Shown: positions 38,441 through 48,322, numbered from the stretch's first letter. The stretch: 64,000 nt of DNA from Bacteroidales bacterium UBA6117 (GCA_002428385.1 DIWB01000066.1:21499-85498), one strand, 5' to 3'. Notes: generated by a model from the sequence alone, not told the origin. Numbers and translations are program-made.

Positions 38441-39778
38441 ATGGGAAAAGAGAATATTGAAGAATACTCAGCCGGATACACTCTGTTTAAAAAAACAGTC
38501 GGCTTCTGGCATGATAATATATATTACAGGAAGGTCATTACAATCGGCACCGAAAATATAGATCCTGACCATCATCTTATTTTCGCTCCCATCCATCAGA
38601 ATGCGCTGATGGATGCACTGGCCGTGGTTTTTACCCATTCCGGCCAGCCCATTTTCCTTGCCCGTTCCGATATTTTCAGGAAAAAGATAATTGCCTCTTT
38701 TCTGTATTTCATCAAAATGCTTCCTGTTTACAGGATTCGTGACGGATTCAGCGCACTCAAATCAAATGATGAAATATTCCACAAGACAATTGATGTCATC
38801 AGGAACAAAAACGGGCTTGTAATACTCCCGGAAGGCGACCATGCCGGTTTCAGGAGACTTCGCCAGCTTAAAAAGGGAATATGCCGGGTTGCCTTCCAGG
38901 CCGAGGAAGCTCAAAACTTCGGTCTGAACATTAAAATAATCCCTGTCGGTATCGAGTACACAAATTACCGGAGAGCGAGGCAGGTACTTACCGTGGTCTA
39001 CGGAAAGCCCATTGAGGTATCCGAATACCATCAGCTTTACAGGGAAGCTCCCGAAAGAGCGATTAACAAACTCAAGGAAAGGCTTTCAGAGGAGATCAAA
39101 AAACTGATGGTGCATATAGAATCAGTTGATGATTATGAGGCTATCGACGAACTGAGAAGCATTATCAACGGGAAATACAGTGACGACATAAAATTCCCGA
39201 AACTGTACCGCGACCGGAATCTTATAAGCAAACTCAACTCGCTTAAGACAACCGAACCTGAGAAATTGAATCGTATATGCTCACTCAGCCTGAGCGTAAA
39301 AGAACAGGCTGAAAAACTGAAGGTTACCTACAAGCTTCTTGAGAAGAAAAAACATCCGCTGGGCTGGCTTCTGACAGGAATGGCAGGGCTCCTGGCAACA
39401 TTCCCGCTCTGGTTGTTCGGCAACATTTTTACTCTGACATTCTTTGCCCCTCCGGAACTTCAGATCAAAAAAACCAAAGATCCCCAATTTCACAGTACGA
39501 TGAGGTTCGGAATATCATTTGCCCTGGCATTCATATTCCTGCCCGTATATCTTATCCTGTGCCTTCTCATATTTTCACCATGGTGGCTCGCGATAATGAT
39601 TTTTATTGCAATTCCTCTTTCAGGCCTTTTCGCATGGAGTTATAATCTGCTGCTGAGAAGAATCATCGGAGGATTCAGAGTCAGGAAATATTTAAGGGAC
39701 AAAAACAAGGACTTTTCGGCCCTCAGGCTTAACTATGATGAGCTCATCTCGCTCGTGTCAGAATTGAAAGATGAATAA
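38441..39778 (+). CDS. lysophospholipid/glycerol-phosphate acyltransferase family membrane protein
   Basis: PlsC-like HQNALMD and VILPEGDH blocks. C-terminal TM helices. The ORF-track start at 38423 is TTG, so the ATG at 38441 is used. Confidence 0.6.
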   Translation: MGKENIEEYSAGYTLFKKTVGFWHDNIYYRKVITIGTENIDPDHHLIFAPIHQNALMDALAVVFTHSGQPIFLARSDIFRKKIIASFLYFIKMLPVYRIRDGFSALKSNDEIFHKTIDVIRNKNGLVILPEGDHAGFRRLRQLKKGICRVAFQAEEAQNFGLNIKIIPVGIEYTNYRRARQVLTVVYGKPIEVSEYHQLYREAPERAINKLKERLSEEIKKLMVHIESVDDYEAIDELRSIINGKYSDDIKFPKLYRDRNLISKLNSLKTTEPEKLNRICSLSLSVKEQAEKLKVTYKLLEKKKHPLGWLLTGMAGLLATFPLWLFGNIFTLTFFAPPELQIKKTKDPQFHSTMRFGISFALAFIFLPVYLILCLLIFSPWWLAIMIFIAIPLSGLFAWSYNLLLRRIIGGFRVRKYLRDKNKDFSALRLNYDELISLVSELKDE

Positions 39779-40571
39779 GAAGTCAATTTTCAATGATAAG
39801 GTGGTGTGGATCACGGGGGCATCTTCAGGCATTGGAGAAGCGCTTGTCCATGAATTTGCCGGTCTTGGCGCCAGGGTGATTGCTTCATCAAATGATCCGG
39901 AAGGATTGGAACGAGTGAAGCTTGCTTGCGGCAGACCGGATGCCGTCAGTTGCGAATCCTTTGACCTTGCCGATACTTCAGAGATAGATAAAATAGTTGA
40001 AAATCAGATCTCCGCATTCGGACAGATCGATTACCTGCTTAACATTGGCGGAATAAGCCAGCGATCGAGAATTGAGGAAACACCTCTCTGGCTCGACAGG
40101 AAGATATTTGAAATCAACTACTTCGGCACAGTGGCCCTTACCAAGGCTGTATTGCCGTACATGTTAAGCAGGAAATCGGGTCACATAGTGGCAACAAGCA
40201 GTATAACCGGCCGGTTCGGCTTCCCTCTCAGATCAGCTTACTCAGCCTCAAAACAGGCTCTTCACGGTTTCTTTGAGACACTATTTCTTGAAAACAAGGC
40301 AAACAGGATCAGGACATCCGTCATAATACCCGGAAGGGTGAGAACAGGCATCTCTTTGCACGCGCTCAACAAAGAAGGAGAGGAATACGGGAAAATGGAT
40401 GCCGGTCAGGCAAACGGAATACTTCCTGAACAGGCAGCAAGGACAATAATCAGGGGTATAATCAGAAATAAAAGAGAAATACTGGTTGGAAGAGGTGAAC
40501 TTATCATGCTTTACATCAGGAGGATATGTCCATGGCTCTTTTTCAGGATCGCAGACAAGGTAAAAAACTAA
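39771..40571 (+). CDS. SDR-family oxidoreductase
   Basis: TGASSGIGEA cofactor motif and YSASK catalytic motif. Confidence 0.8.
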   Translation: MNKKSIFNDKVVWITGASSGIGEALVHEFAGLGARVIASSNDPEGLERVKLACGRPDAVSCESFDLADTSEIDKIVENQISAFGQIDYLLNIGGISQRSRIEETPLWLDRKIFEINYFGTVALTKAVLPYMLSRKSGHIVATSSITGRFGFPLRSAYSASKQALHGFFETLFLENKANRIRTSVIIPGRVRTGISLHALNKEGEEYGKMDAGQANGILPEQAARTIIRGIIRNKREILVGRGELIMLYIRRICPWLFFRIADKVKN

Positions 40572-40595
40572 CAGGATAGAAAGGTATTGAAGGAG

Positions 40596-41678
40596 ATGAA
40601 AGAAGGTTACAAATTGGGGGGCATACAGCAGATAGGGATAGGGGTTAAGAATCTGAAAGAGGCCTGGAGATGGTACAGCAAGATGTTTGGAATGGATTGC
40701 CGGATTTTCGATGATAAAACAGAAGCCAATCTGATGCTTCCCTATACCGGCAACGTTCCCCAGAGCAGGCATGCCATCCTTGCCCTCAACCTCCAGAGCG
40801 GGGGTGGATTCGAGGTATGGCAGTACCAGGAAAGAAAGCCTGTGCAGATAGAAGAAGAGATCAGCCTTGGAGACCTCGGAATCCTTGTTTGCAAGATCAA
40901 GGTGAAGGATATAAGTGAGGCACATTCTTTTTATAAAAGCAACGATTGCGTTCTCAGCGGAGAGCCGGCCGATGATCCGTCAGGAAACCCTTCTTTCTTC
41001 GTTAAGGATCCTTTTGGTAACCTGTTTCAGATAGTGGAAGGGAATAACTGGTTCATGAACGAGAAAAAAATCAGCGGCGGTTCCTACGGGGCAATCCTCG
41101 GAGTGACTGACATCGATAAATCGCTTTCGATATATTCGGATATACTCGGTTACGACCATGTTGTTTATGACAAAACAGGATATTTCCCCGATCTCGGATT
41201 GCTTCCGGGCGGGAAAAAAGAATTACGAAGGGTCCTTCTGAAAAGAACTAAACCATTTTCGGGTTATTTCAGCAGAATCTTCGGACAGAGCGTCATAGAA
41301 CTGATAAGTGCCCCGGGAAATCCAGGTAAAAGGATTTACCAAAACCGGTTCTGGGGCGATCCGGGATTCATACATTTGTGTTTCGACATTTTTGAAATGG
41401 ATGTACTCAGAGAACATTGCACAAGCCTGGGGTATCCTTTTGTAGTCGACAGCATGGATTCAAGAAATGGAAACAGTTTTGAGATGGGTGATGCCGCGGG
41501 CCATTTTGCCTATATCGAGGATCCCGACGGAATTCTGCTGGAATTTGTCGAGTCGCATAAAATGAGGATATCAAAACGGCTTGGATGGTATGTTAACCTG
41601 AAAAACAGAATGGGGTATAAACCCCTTCCCGGATGGTTACTTAAATTGCTGAGATTCTCAAGAGTGAAAAATATCTGA
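40596..41678 (+). CDS. VOC (glyoxalase/dioxygenase) family protein, two-domain
   Basis: Two VOC-like halves (IQQIGIGVKNL...; ...HFAYIEDPDGILLEFVE). The ORF-track start at 40587 is TTG. Confidence 0.6.
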   Translation: MKEGYKLGGIQQIGIGVKNLKEAWRWYSKMFGMDCRIFDDKTEANLMLPYTGNVPQSRHAILALNLQSGGGFEVWQYQERKPVQIEEEISLGDLGILVCKIKVKDISEAHSFYKSNDCVLSGEPADDPSGNPSFFVKDPFGNLFQIVEGNNWFMNEKKISGGSYGAILGVTDIDKSLSIYSDILGYDHVVYDKTGYFPDLGLLPGGKKELRRVLLKRTKPFSGYFSRIFGQSVIELISAPGNPGKRIYQNRFWGDPGFIHLCFDIFEMDVLREHCTSLGYPFVVDSMDSRNGNSFEMGDAAGHFAYIEDPDGILLEFVESHKMRISKRLGWYVNLKNRMGYKPLPGWLLKLLRFSRVKNI

Positions 41679-41719
41679 TACCGGAAGAAAAAAGCTGTGT
41701 TGTCTGGAACAAACGATCG

Positions 41720-42928
41720 TTAAAGGGCAGCTTCCCTAAGTGACTCTGCCTCCTTCATTACTCTCATAATATTGCCTCCCCATATTCTGGCAATATCTGA
41801 CTTGCTGTACCCTCTCTGCAGCAGTTCAATAGTGATATTCTTCATATCAGCCACACTCATGCATCCTTCCACTCCCCCTCCGCCGTCAAAGTCGGTGCCG
41901 ATACCGACGTGGTCAATCCCGATAACCTGAACAACATGATCAATATGATCCGCCACATCCTTTACAGTGGCAAGCTTTTCATATCTTTCCTTGATTGCCC
42001 TGTATTCTTCCCTGGCAATCTTCTTTTCTTCCTCCCCGAGTAAGGCGAAATCACCATATTTATCAGCGAACTCCCTGAGCCTGGCATCAAGCTGCGGGTT
42101 TGGATCGGGTATCTTAAGATAAGCGCTCAGAATGCAAATCTGTATAACGCCTCCGTTATCCCTCAGCGCAAGCAGCATGTCATCATCAAGGTTCCTGGGC
42201 GATTCGCACAATGCCCTGCAGGATGAATGGGATGCAATAACCGGGGCTTCCGAAACTTCAAGTACGTCATAGAATGCGTTGTCGGAGATGTGAGACACAT
42301 CGACCATCATGCCGAGCCGGTTCATCTCTGCCACAACCTTCTTTCCGAATTCAGAAAGGCCGTCATGTTCAGGCCCCCTGGGGTCGGTCGAGGAATCACA
42401 GATATCATTGTTCCTGGTGTGTGAAAGCGTTATGTATCTTGCTCCCCTGTTGTAGAAAGCTTTTACCCTGCTGAGATCCAATCCAATAGGATAGCCGTTT
42501 TCTATACCTATGAAAGCTGAAATCTTACCCTCTTTCTTAAGCCGTAAAGCATCCCCTGGGGAAGTTGCAATACCTGCCATATCGGGGTATTGCTCCACAT
42601 TTGACCGTACTTTGTCCAGAACCTCGAGCGCATATTCGTAGATGGCGTTATACGCTGAGTCATTCCTTGGACCCTGGCTTGTGAATACGGCAAAGAATTC
42701 GGCATCAAGTCCTCCTTCCTTCATTCTGGGAAAATCAATGCATCCCTCAGCATGCTTCATCCCAAGATCAAAGTCTGATCTCGCGATATTTATCGGGGTA
42801 TCACAATGGGTGTCCACTGTAAGTGTCTTCTCATGAATCTTTTCAGCCTGGCTGACCAGCCGGCTTGCATTGTCAGTGCATGCCGGAAACAGGATTAATA
42901 TTAATGTGAAACAGATGACTCTGTTCAT
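41720..42928 (-). CDS. membrane dipeptidase (M19 family), secreted or lipoprotein
   Basis: 402 aa. VDTHCDTP, DVSH, ASHSS and GIGTDFDG metal-site motifs. Confidence 0.85.
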   Translation of the reverse strand: MNRVICFTLILILFPACTDNASRLVSQAEKIHEKTLTVDTHCDTPINIARSDFDLGMKHAEGCIDFPRMKEGGLDAEFFAVFTSQGPRNDSAYNAIYEYALEVLDKVRSNVEQYPDMAGIATSPGDALRLKKEGKISAFIGIENGYPIGLDLSRVKAFYNRGARYITLSHTRNNDICDSSTDPRGPEHDGLSEFGKKVVAEMNRLGMMVDVSHISDNAFYDVLEVSEAPVIASHSSCRALCESPRNLDDDMLLALRDNGGVIQICILSAYLKIPDPNPQLDARLREFADKYGDFALLGEEEKKIAREEYRAIKERYEKLATVKDVADHIDHVVQVIGIDHVGIGTDFDGGGGVEGCMSVADMKNITIELLQRGYSKSDIARIWGGNIMRVMKEAESLREAAL

Positions 42929-43014
42929 ATGTCGGCAATTACCATTTCTAAATGCAAGATAACTTAAAATGATACATTAAACTTTCTGATAACCTGCATT
43001 TAACACTATTTAAC

Positions 43015-43048
43015 AAGAAAAACCCTGTCCGCGTTCGGGCGGACAGGG
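43015..43048 (-). terminator. intrinsic-terminator-like hairpin with no upstream gene to terminate
   Basis: 10-bp perfect GC-rich stem CCCTGTCCGC/GCGGACAGGG (43023-43032 / 43039-43048) with a 6-nt loop. On the minus strand it is followed by UUUUUCUU (43015-43022). It lies 95 nt upstream of the dipeptidase ATG on the same strand. Confidence 0.5.
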
Positions 43049-43376
43049 CAGCCATGAAAAGAATGGAAAAATTGCTTTTTGGACAGTAAAAGCTTCTTTC
43101 TAAAGTAACCTACTTTAAGTATCCTGAATGTTTTTTTGTTTACGCTTATACCTTTACAATAAATTTGATCAGGTAATCAAAGTGTAAAATTAATTTATTC
43201 TTTAAAATAAAGCAACAAAATTCCGATTCAATTGCAATTTTAGGGAATCCTCTTTTAAATTAATAGGTTAACTTTCTACCCTGCCTGTAACATTTGTGGC
43301 TTTTATTCGTCTTTATTCTGACCTTTAAGAACGTCTTTTATTCGTTTCTTTACCTTTTTTAATCCTGCAAACTACA

Positions 43377-44459
43377 ATGAAATCAGTTTACACAATTGCT
43401 GCCTGCCTCCTTTATTTCGTGATTCCGCTTGGCGCTCAGGACGAATCAGCGAATAAGAGCTTTTCAAAATCCATCACCGTCGGGCGTGAAACAAAGCTTG
43501 AGGTAATAAACAGGTACGGTGACATTAACATCTCGACCTGGGACAAGGACTCTGCATATATCACTGCTGAAATCGAGGCTTATGCCCCCGACAGAACCAG
43601 GCTCGACAAATTAATCGCCGGCATAAATGTTAGTATAACCGGAACCGGATCACTGGTAAGGGCCGAGACCGTTTTCGAACGTGAGACAACCGTTCTCCTC
43701 GAAAGCTTCAAGGAATTTACCGGGAAGTTAATCGATTATGAGTCCAGGGTACGGATCAATTATTTCATCAATATACCTGATTATGTCGACATCGACATAA
43801 AAAACCAGTTTGGAGACATATCCGCTGAAGACAACACCGGAACAGTATCCATTGATCTTTCAAACGGTGATTTCAGGGCAAATACCCTTAACCGTGTTTC
43901 AGCGCTTAATCTGGATTTCGGCGACGCCGTGATTGGCTCGGTAAGGTCAGCAAAAATCATTACATCATTCTCTAAAATAAAGATTGACCGGAGCGATGAA
44001 CTTGACCTTAGCAGTACATCATCGAGATTTGATCTGGGTAAGGCAGGCATTGTTGAGTTCGAATCGCGGAAAGACAAATTCTTCATAGGTGAAGTTTCAA
44101 CCATAACAGGAGTCTCCTGGTTCACCGACTACAGCATTGAATACCTGGTGACTGCGGCTGACATTGACCTGAAATTCGGAAGCTTCGATATTGAGAGGAT
44201 AAATGGGAGGTTTGACAACATGGTTATTAAATCAGCCAACGCCGACATAAAGGCAAATTTCGAACCCTCTGCCTCCTATGATTATGAAATAAGGCAGGTC
44301 AACGCATTTGTGGTCCTTCCTGACAATAAAACCAGGGCCGAAAAAGAAACCGTAAACGAAAACAGGAAAGAATACCTCCTTACCGGTAAGATTGGCACGA
44401 GCACAGGCAGAAGCCGGCTGAAGATCGATGCCACCAGAGGGAATGTCTATGTCAGATAA
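43377..44459 (+). CDS. DUF4097-like beta-strand repeat protein, secreted
   Basis: Signal peptide. Repeated G(D)I...N..G.V pattern typical of putative-adhesin/DUF4097 repeats. Confidence 0.5.
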   Translation: MKSVYTIAACLLYFVIPLGAQDESANKSFSKSITVGRETKLEVINRYGDINISTWDKDSAYITAEIEAYAPDRTRLDKLIAGINVSITGTGSLVRAETVFERETTVLLESFKEFTGKLIDYESRVRINYFINIPDYVDIDIKNQFGDISAEDNTGTVSIDLSNGDFRANTLNRVSALNLDFGDAVIGSVRSAKIITSFSKIKIDRSDELDLSSTSSRFDLGKAGIVEFESRKDKFFIGEVSTITGVSWFTDYSIEYLVTAADIDLKFGSFDIERINGRFDNMVIKSANADIKANFEPSASYDYEIRQVNAFVVLPDNKTRAEKETVNENRKEYLLTGKIGTSTGRSRLKIDATRGNVYVR

Positions 44460-44477
44460 TCCGGACAGCCGGTAATC

Positions 44478-46466
44478 CTACTTCGCCTTAAACCTGGCCA
44501 GACCATCATCCAGCCACTTTTTATATTCCTCAACATTGAGATTTGTGGGCATGGGCTGATTAAGCGGATTCCCCTCGTGATCGACGATCACATAAAGCGG
44601 AAGGGCATTTGTCTTGAATCTGGATATCTCCAGATCCTCATTGATCTTCCCTATTGTCTTTTTCACCTTTCCGTCAACGGTTGAAGTTATCCATTTACTT
44701 TCCGGAAGCTCTGTCCTGTCATCGGCATAAAGTGCAATTATCACGAAATTATTCCTGAGCCTTTCCAGCACTTCAGGATCTGACCAGACTCTTGCTTCCA
44801 TAACCTTACAGTTGGCGCAGGCATGGCCTTTGAAATCGATCAGGGCGGGTTTCCCCTGTTCACGGGCACACTGCAACCCCTGTTCAAAGTCGAAATAGCC
44901 GGTCAGTCCGAGCGGCATCTCAAAGATATCATCGTAGAGAGGTTCTGAACAAAGCTCACTGGAGCTTATAAACATGGATTGAGGGGTGGCAGGCATATTG
45001 CTTCCAGCCTGTATCGCCGACAGGTTGAGTCCTGATGTTTGCGGAGAAGGCAGAAGCGATGAAAGGCCTTTAAGCGGTGCCCCGAAAAGTCCCGGAATCA
45101 TATAAACCACAAACGAAAAAACCGCGATTATGAGAAAGATCCGGAAGGTTCCGATATAAGGTATCTCACTGTCGTGCCTGAATTTGAGTTTCCCCATCAG
45201 ATACAGCCCCATCAGGCTGAATAGGACTATCCAGATTGCAAGGTATATATCCCTCGAAAGAAGCCTGAATGAATAAACCGTGTCGATGGTCATCAGGAAT
45301 TTAAGACTGAAGGCGAGCATAATGAAACCCAGCACTACCTTTACCGAGTTCAGCCATCCTCCCGACTTCGGCATCTTGCTCATTACAGAGGGGAACAAGG
45401 CAAAGATTGTAAAAGGAAGAGCAAATGCAAGACCATATCCCAGCATTCCGATTGTAGGCCTCAGCACATCACCAGAGGCGGCCTCAACAAGAAGGGCACC
45501 GACTATCGGACCGGTACATGAAAATGACACTATAACCGTTGTCAATCCCATAAAGAAGGAAGCTATAAGACCTCCCCTGTCAACCCGTGAATCGGCTCCT
45601 GAAACCCATTTGTTGGGCAGCACAATCTCGAAAGCTCCGAAGAATGATACAGCAAAAACCACAAAGAGGGCAAAAAACAGGAGGTTTGGTATCCAGTGGG
45701 TGCTGAGAGTGTTGGCAAATCCCGCACCGGCACTTGTGAGCGACACAATCACTCCAAGGAGAGAATATATCAGTACAATTGAAAACCCGAAAATCAGCGC
45801 CTTGATTACCGATTTGGCCCTGTTCTCCGAACCCTGGGAAAAGAAAGCCACAGTCATCGGGATCATGGGGAAAACGCATGGAGTAAGAACTCCGGCAAAT
45901 CCGGCCAGCAGCGAGATAAGAAAGAACTTGAGCAGACCTCCTCCCTGCTTTATACCCTCAGTACCTTCAGTTATCGTTCCTGTATCATTCGTTGAAGCTG
46001 ATACTCTGGTTTCTCCAATGCTCACCGAGAACTCAACATCTTTCGGAGGTGAGCAGGTGGTATTGTTGCACGACATGAAATTAACCGTGCCCGAAACGGT
46101 AAAGGAAGGCTTCGCCGAACTGACAAGCTGCCGGAACTCTGCCGCATCGCTGAATGATTTTATCCTGAAGCCGAAAGCTTCATCCATAAGCTCCTCGGGT
46201 TGTGTAACTTCAAAAGTCTTCCCGTCGAGGGTGAAATCCGCCGGCTCATTGAATGAAAACGATGTAGGTATCGGCCCTCCCTCCGGAATATCCATTGCAT
46301 AAATATGGGAGCCTTTTTCAATTTCAGCCGTGAACACAATGGCATAGGCGTTATCCCCCGTCTTTTCATAGCCGAAAGTCCATGTCACCGGGTCATAGAT
46401 CTGGGATATGGCTCCGTTAATTATGAAGAAGGAAAAAAGCAGTGTGGTTACGTATCTTTTAAACAT
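44478..46466 (-). CDS. dsbD: thiol:disulfide interchange protein DsbD family
   Basis: Central TM domain with LTPCVFPMIP, multiple TM helices, C-terminal thioredoxin-like FKGHACANCKVME. Start moved to the ATG at 46466 (MFKRYVTTLLF). Confidence 0.8.
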   Translation of the reverse strand: MFKRYVTTLLFSFFIINGAISQIYDPVTWTFGYEKTGDNAYAIVFTAEIEKGSHIYAMDIPEGGPIPTSFSFNEPADFTLDGKTFEVTQPEELMDEAFGFRIKSFSDAAEFRQLVSSAKPSFTVSGTVNFMSCNNTTCSPPKDVEFSVSIGETRVSASTNDTGTITEGTEGIKQGGGLLKFFLISLLAGFAGVLTPCVFPMIPMTVAFFSQGSENRAKSVIKALIFGFSIVLIYSLLGVIVSLTSAGAGFANTLSTHWIPNLLFFALFVVFAVSFFGAFEIVLPNKWVSGADSRVDRGGLIASFFMGLTTVIVSFSCTGPIVGALLVEAASGDVLRPTIGMLGYGLAFALPFTIFALFPSVMSKMPKSGGWLNSVKVVLGFIMLAFSLKFLMTIDTVYSFRLLSRDIYLAIWIVLFSLMGLYLMGKLKFRHDSEIPYIGTFRIFLIIAVFSFVVYMIPGLFGAPLKGLSSLLPSPQTSGLNLSAIQAGSNMPATPQSMFISSSELCSEPLYDDIFEMPLGLTGYFDFEQGLQCAREQGKPALIDFKGHACANCKVMEARVWSDPEVLERLRNNFVIIALYADDRTELPESKWITSTVDGKVKKTIGKINEDLEISRFKTNALPLYVIVDHEGNPLNQPMPTNLNVEEYKKWLDDGLARFKAK

Positions 46467-46550
46467 AGTTATATCTGTCAATACTTTGTAAAAGTAATAA
46501 ATCAGCACGATTAACAGAAAAGAGCAGGGTGTTGTTCGAAGTTTTACTTA

Positions 46551-48110
46551 CTATGCCAGGTCAATTTCATTGCCTTCCCTGTCAAAGAAGTGGTATTCAA
46601 GCATATGATATGAAGGAACCGCCTGGACTTTTATCATGATCCGGTATTTAATATCCCATTTCAGATAAAGCGGGATTGGCCCTTTCTTAAGGTATGAAGC
46701 CACAAAGGGATGGACATTAAGTACAATGCTTCGGGTCTTTATTTTGTCAACCAGGAATGAAAGATCCTTCTCCAGGGTGTCGGAGAACAAAATTGTGGGA
46801 CGGATCTGTCCTGTTCCCTGGCATGCAGGGCACTTTTCATCAGTCACGATGTTCATTTCGGGTCTGACCCTTTGCCTTGTTATCTGCATAAGGCCGAATT
46901 TTGAAAGGGGCAGTATGTTATGCTTGGTCCGGTCGCCGGCCATGATCTCCTTCATCTTGTCGAACAGAGCCTGTTTGTTTTCATTGGTCTGCAAATCAAT
47001 GAAATCGATAACTATAATGCCTCCCATATCCCTTAACCTGAGCTGCCTGGCAATTTCCTTCGCAGCTTCCATATTGACTTCCAGTGCGTTGGTTTCCTGG
47101 TTGTTTCCGGATCTCGACCTGTTTCCGCTGTTAACATCAATAACATGGAGAGCTTCGGTATGCTCTATTATGAGGTAGGCGCCGTGCTTGAACGAGACAG
47201 TCTTTCCGAACAGCGCCTTGATTTGCTTGTTGACTCCAAAATGATCAAAAATGGGAATCGAACCGGTATAAAGCTTTACGATCTTCTCCTTTTCAGGTGC
47301 GATCTCCCTTATGTAATTTTTTACCTCTTCAGCCAGTACACTATCATTGATGTGAATGCCGTTGAACGTCACATTCAACATATCCCTTATGATTGTTGAT
47401 GTGCGGTTCATCTCCCCGATAAAGAGCCGTGGTGTCCTGGTTTCCTTTTTGACTGAGCCGAAAGCCGATTCCCACCTGTTAACCAGTTCCCTGAGTTCAG
47501 CATCGAGCACCGCCACCTTTTTTCCTTCTGCTACAGTTCTCACAATTACACCATAGTTCTTTGGCTTGATGCTCTGCACCAATGTCTTGAGGCGGTTCTT
47601 CTCCTCGTTGCTCTCAATCTTCGATGAAATGGAAACCTTGTCGGTGAAGGGGATCAGCACCAGATTCCGGCCCGCGAGGGATATCTCCGACGCCAGCCTC
47701 GGGCCTTTTGTGGATATGGGCTCCTTGGTAATCTGAACCAGAACGGTTTGTCCGGTGGTTAGAACATCGGTAATCTTACCGTCCTTGTCAATATCCGGCT
47801 CGCATTTGATTTTGTTGATGGGGGTTATACGCCCCTGACGCTGTATGGCTGAAATATAATATTTGTGCTGGGTCCTGAACTGAGCTCCGAGATCGAGGTA
47901 ATGAAGAAATGCGTCTCTCTCGTAGCCTACATTTACAAATGCAGCATTAAGCCCCGGCATGATCTTCTTTACTTTTCCCAGGTAAATATCCCCCACAGAG
48001 AACTTTATGCTTCTCTTCTCCTTATTTAACTCTGTCAGCTGCTTATCTTCCAGCAACGCCAGCGAGACTTCGGATACACCAACATCAATGATCAACTCCT
48101 TGTTTACCAC
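46551..48110 (-). CDS. rng: ribonuclease E/G family protein
   Basis: 519 aa. S1 domain (GDIYLGKVKKIMPGLNAAFVNVG), catalytic VIDVNSG and GGIIVIDFIDL, Zn-link CPACQGTG. GTG start at 48110. Confidence 0.85.
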   Translation of the reverse strand: MVNKELIIDVGVSEVSLALLEDKQLTELNKEKRSIKFSVGDIYLGKVKKIMPGLNAAFVNVGYERDAFLHYLDLGAQFRTQHKYYISAIQRQGRITPINKIKCEPDIDKDGKITDVLTTGQTVLVQITKEPISTKGPRLASEISLAGRNLVLIPFTDKVSISSKIESNEEKNRLKTLVQSIKPKNYGVIVRTVAEGKKVAVLDAELRELVNRWESAFGSVKKETRTPRLFIGEMNRTSTIIRDMLNVTFNGIHINDSVLAEEVKNYIREIAPEKEKIVKLYTGSIPIFDHFGVNKQIKALFGKTVSFKHGAYLIIEHTEALHVIDVNSGNRSRSGNNQETNALEVNMEAAKEIARQLRLRDMGGIIVIDFIDLQTNENKQALFDKMKEIMAGDRTKHNILPLSKFGLMQITRQRVRPEMNIVTDEKCPACQGTGQIRPTILFSDTLEKDLSFLVDKIKTRSIVLNVHPFVASYLKKGPIPLYLKWDIKYRIMIKVQAVPSYHMLEYHFFDREGNEIDLA

Positions 48111-48165
48111 GTCTCTTACTAAACTCAGTCAATAATCCACAACAATACCCAACATACTGATACAA

Positions 48166-48197
48166 TAAACCTAAAGATCGTCTGACCTTTAGGTTTA
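48166..48197 (-). other. 11-bp AU-rich hairpin between the bS22-like ORF and the rng start
   Basis: TAAACCTAAAG (48166-48176) pairs with CTTTAGGTTTA (48187-48197), with a 10-nt loop. It lies 56 nt upstream of the rng GTG start. Confidence 0.5.
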
Positions 48198-48226
48198 GTT
48201 ATCTTTAAAAAGACTACCCGATCCGT

Positions 48227-48316
48227 CTATTTCTTCTTATGTCTGTTCTTCCGCAAGCGTTTTTTGCGCTTGTGGGTAGCCATCTTATGTCTTTTTCTCT
48301 TTTTTCCGCTTGGCAT
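48227..48316 (-). CDS. 29-aa Lys/Arg-rich peptide, probable bS22-type (AURKAIP1/COX24-like) small ribosomal protein
   Basis: Hand-translated: ATG at 48316, TAG at 48227-48229, giving MPSGKKRKRHKMATHKRKKRLRKNRHKKK. It starts 7 nt downstream of the HU stop on the same strand. Below the ORF-track length cutoff. From memory, it matches the highly conserved Bacteroidota small basic protein. Confidence 0.6.
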   Translation of the reverse strand: MPSGKKRKRHKMATHKRKKRLRKNRHKKK

Positions 48317-48322
48317 GGGAGA

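Noticed and set aside
43049-43083. Tiny ORFs around the orphan hairpin: plus-strand MKRMEKLLFGQ, and a 35-codon minus-strand frame running through the stem.
   Set aside because: They are too short and too compositionally unremarkable to support. The minus-strand frame is dictated by the hairpin sequence itself.
45280-46302. A 340-aa plus-strand ORF, the longest unexplained ORF in the track.
   Set aside because: It lies entirely antisense to the well-supported dsbD gene. It is Pro/Ser/Thr-rich low-complexity sequence with no motifs, typical of an antisense frame of a membrane-protein gene.
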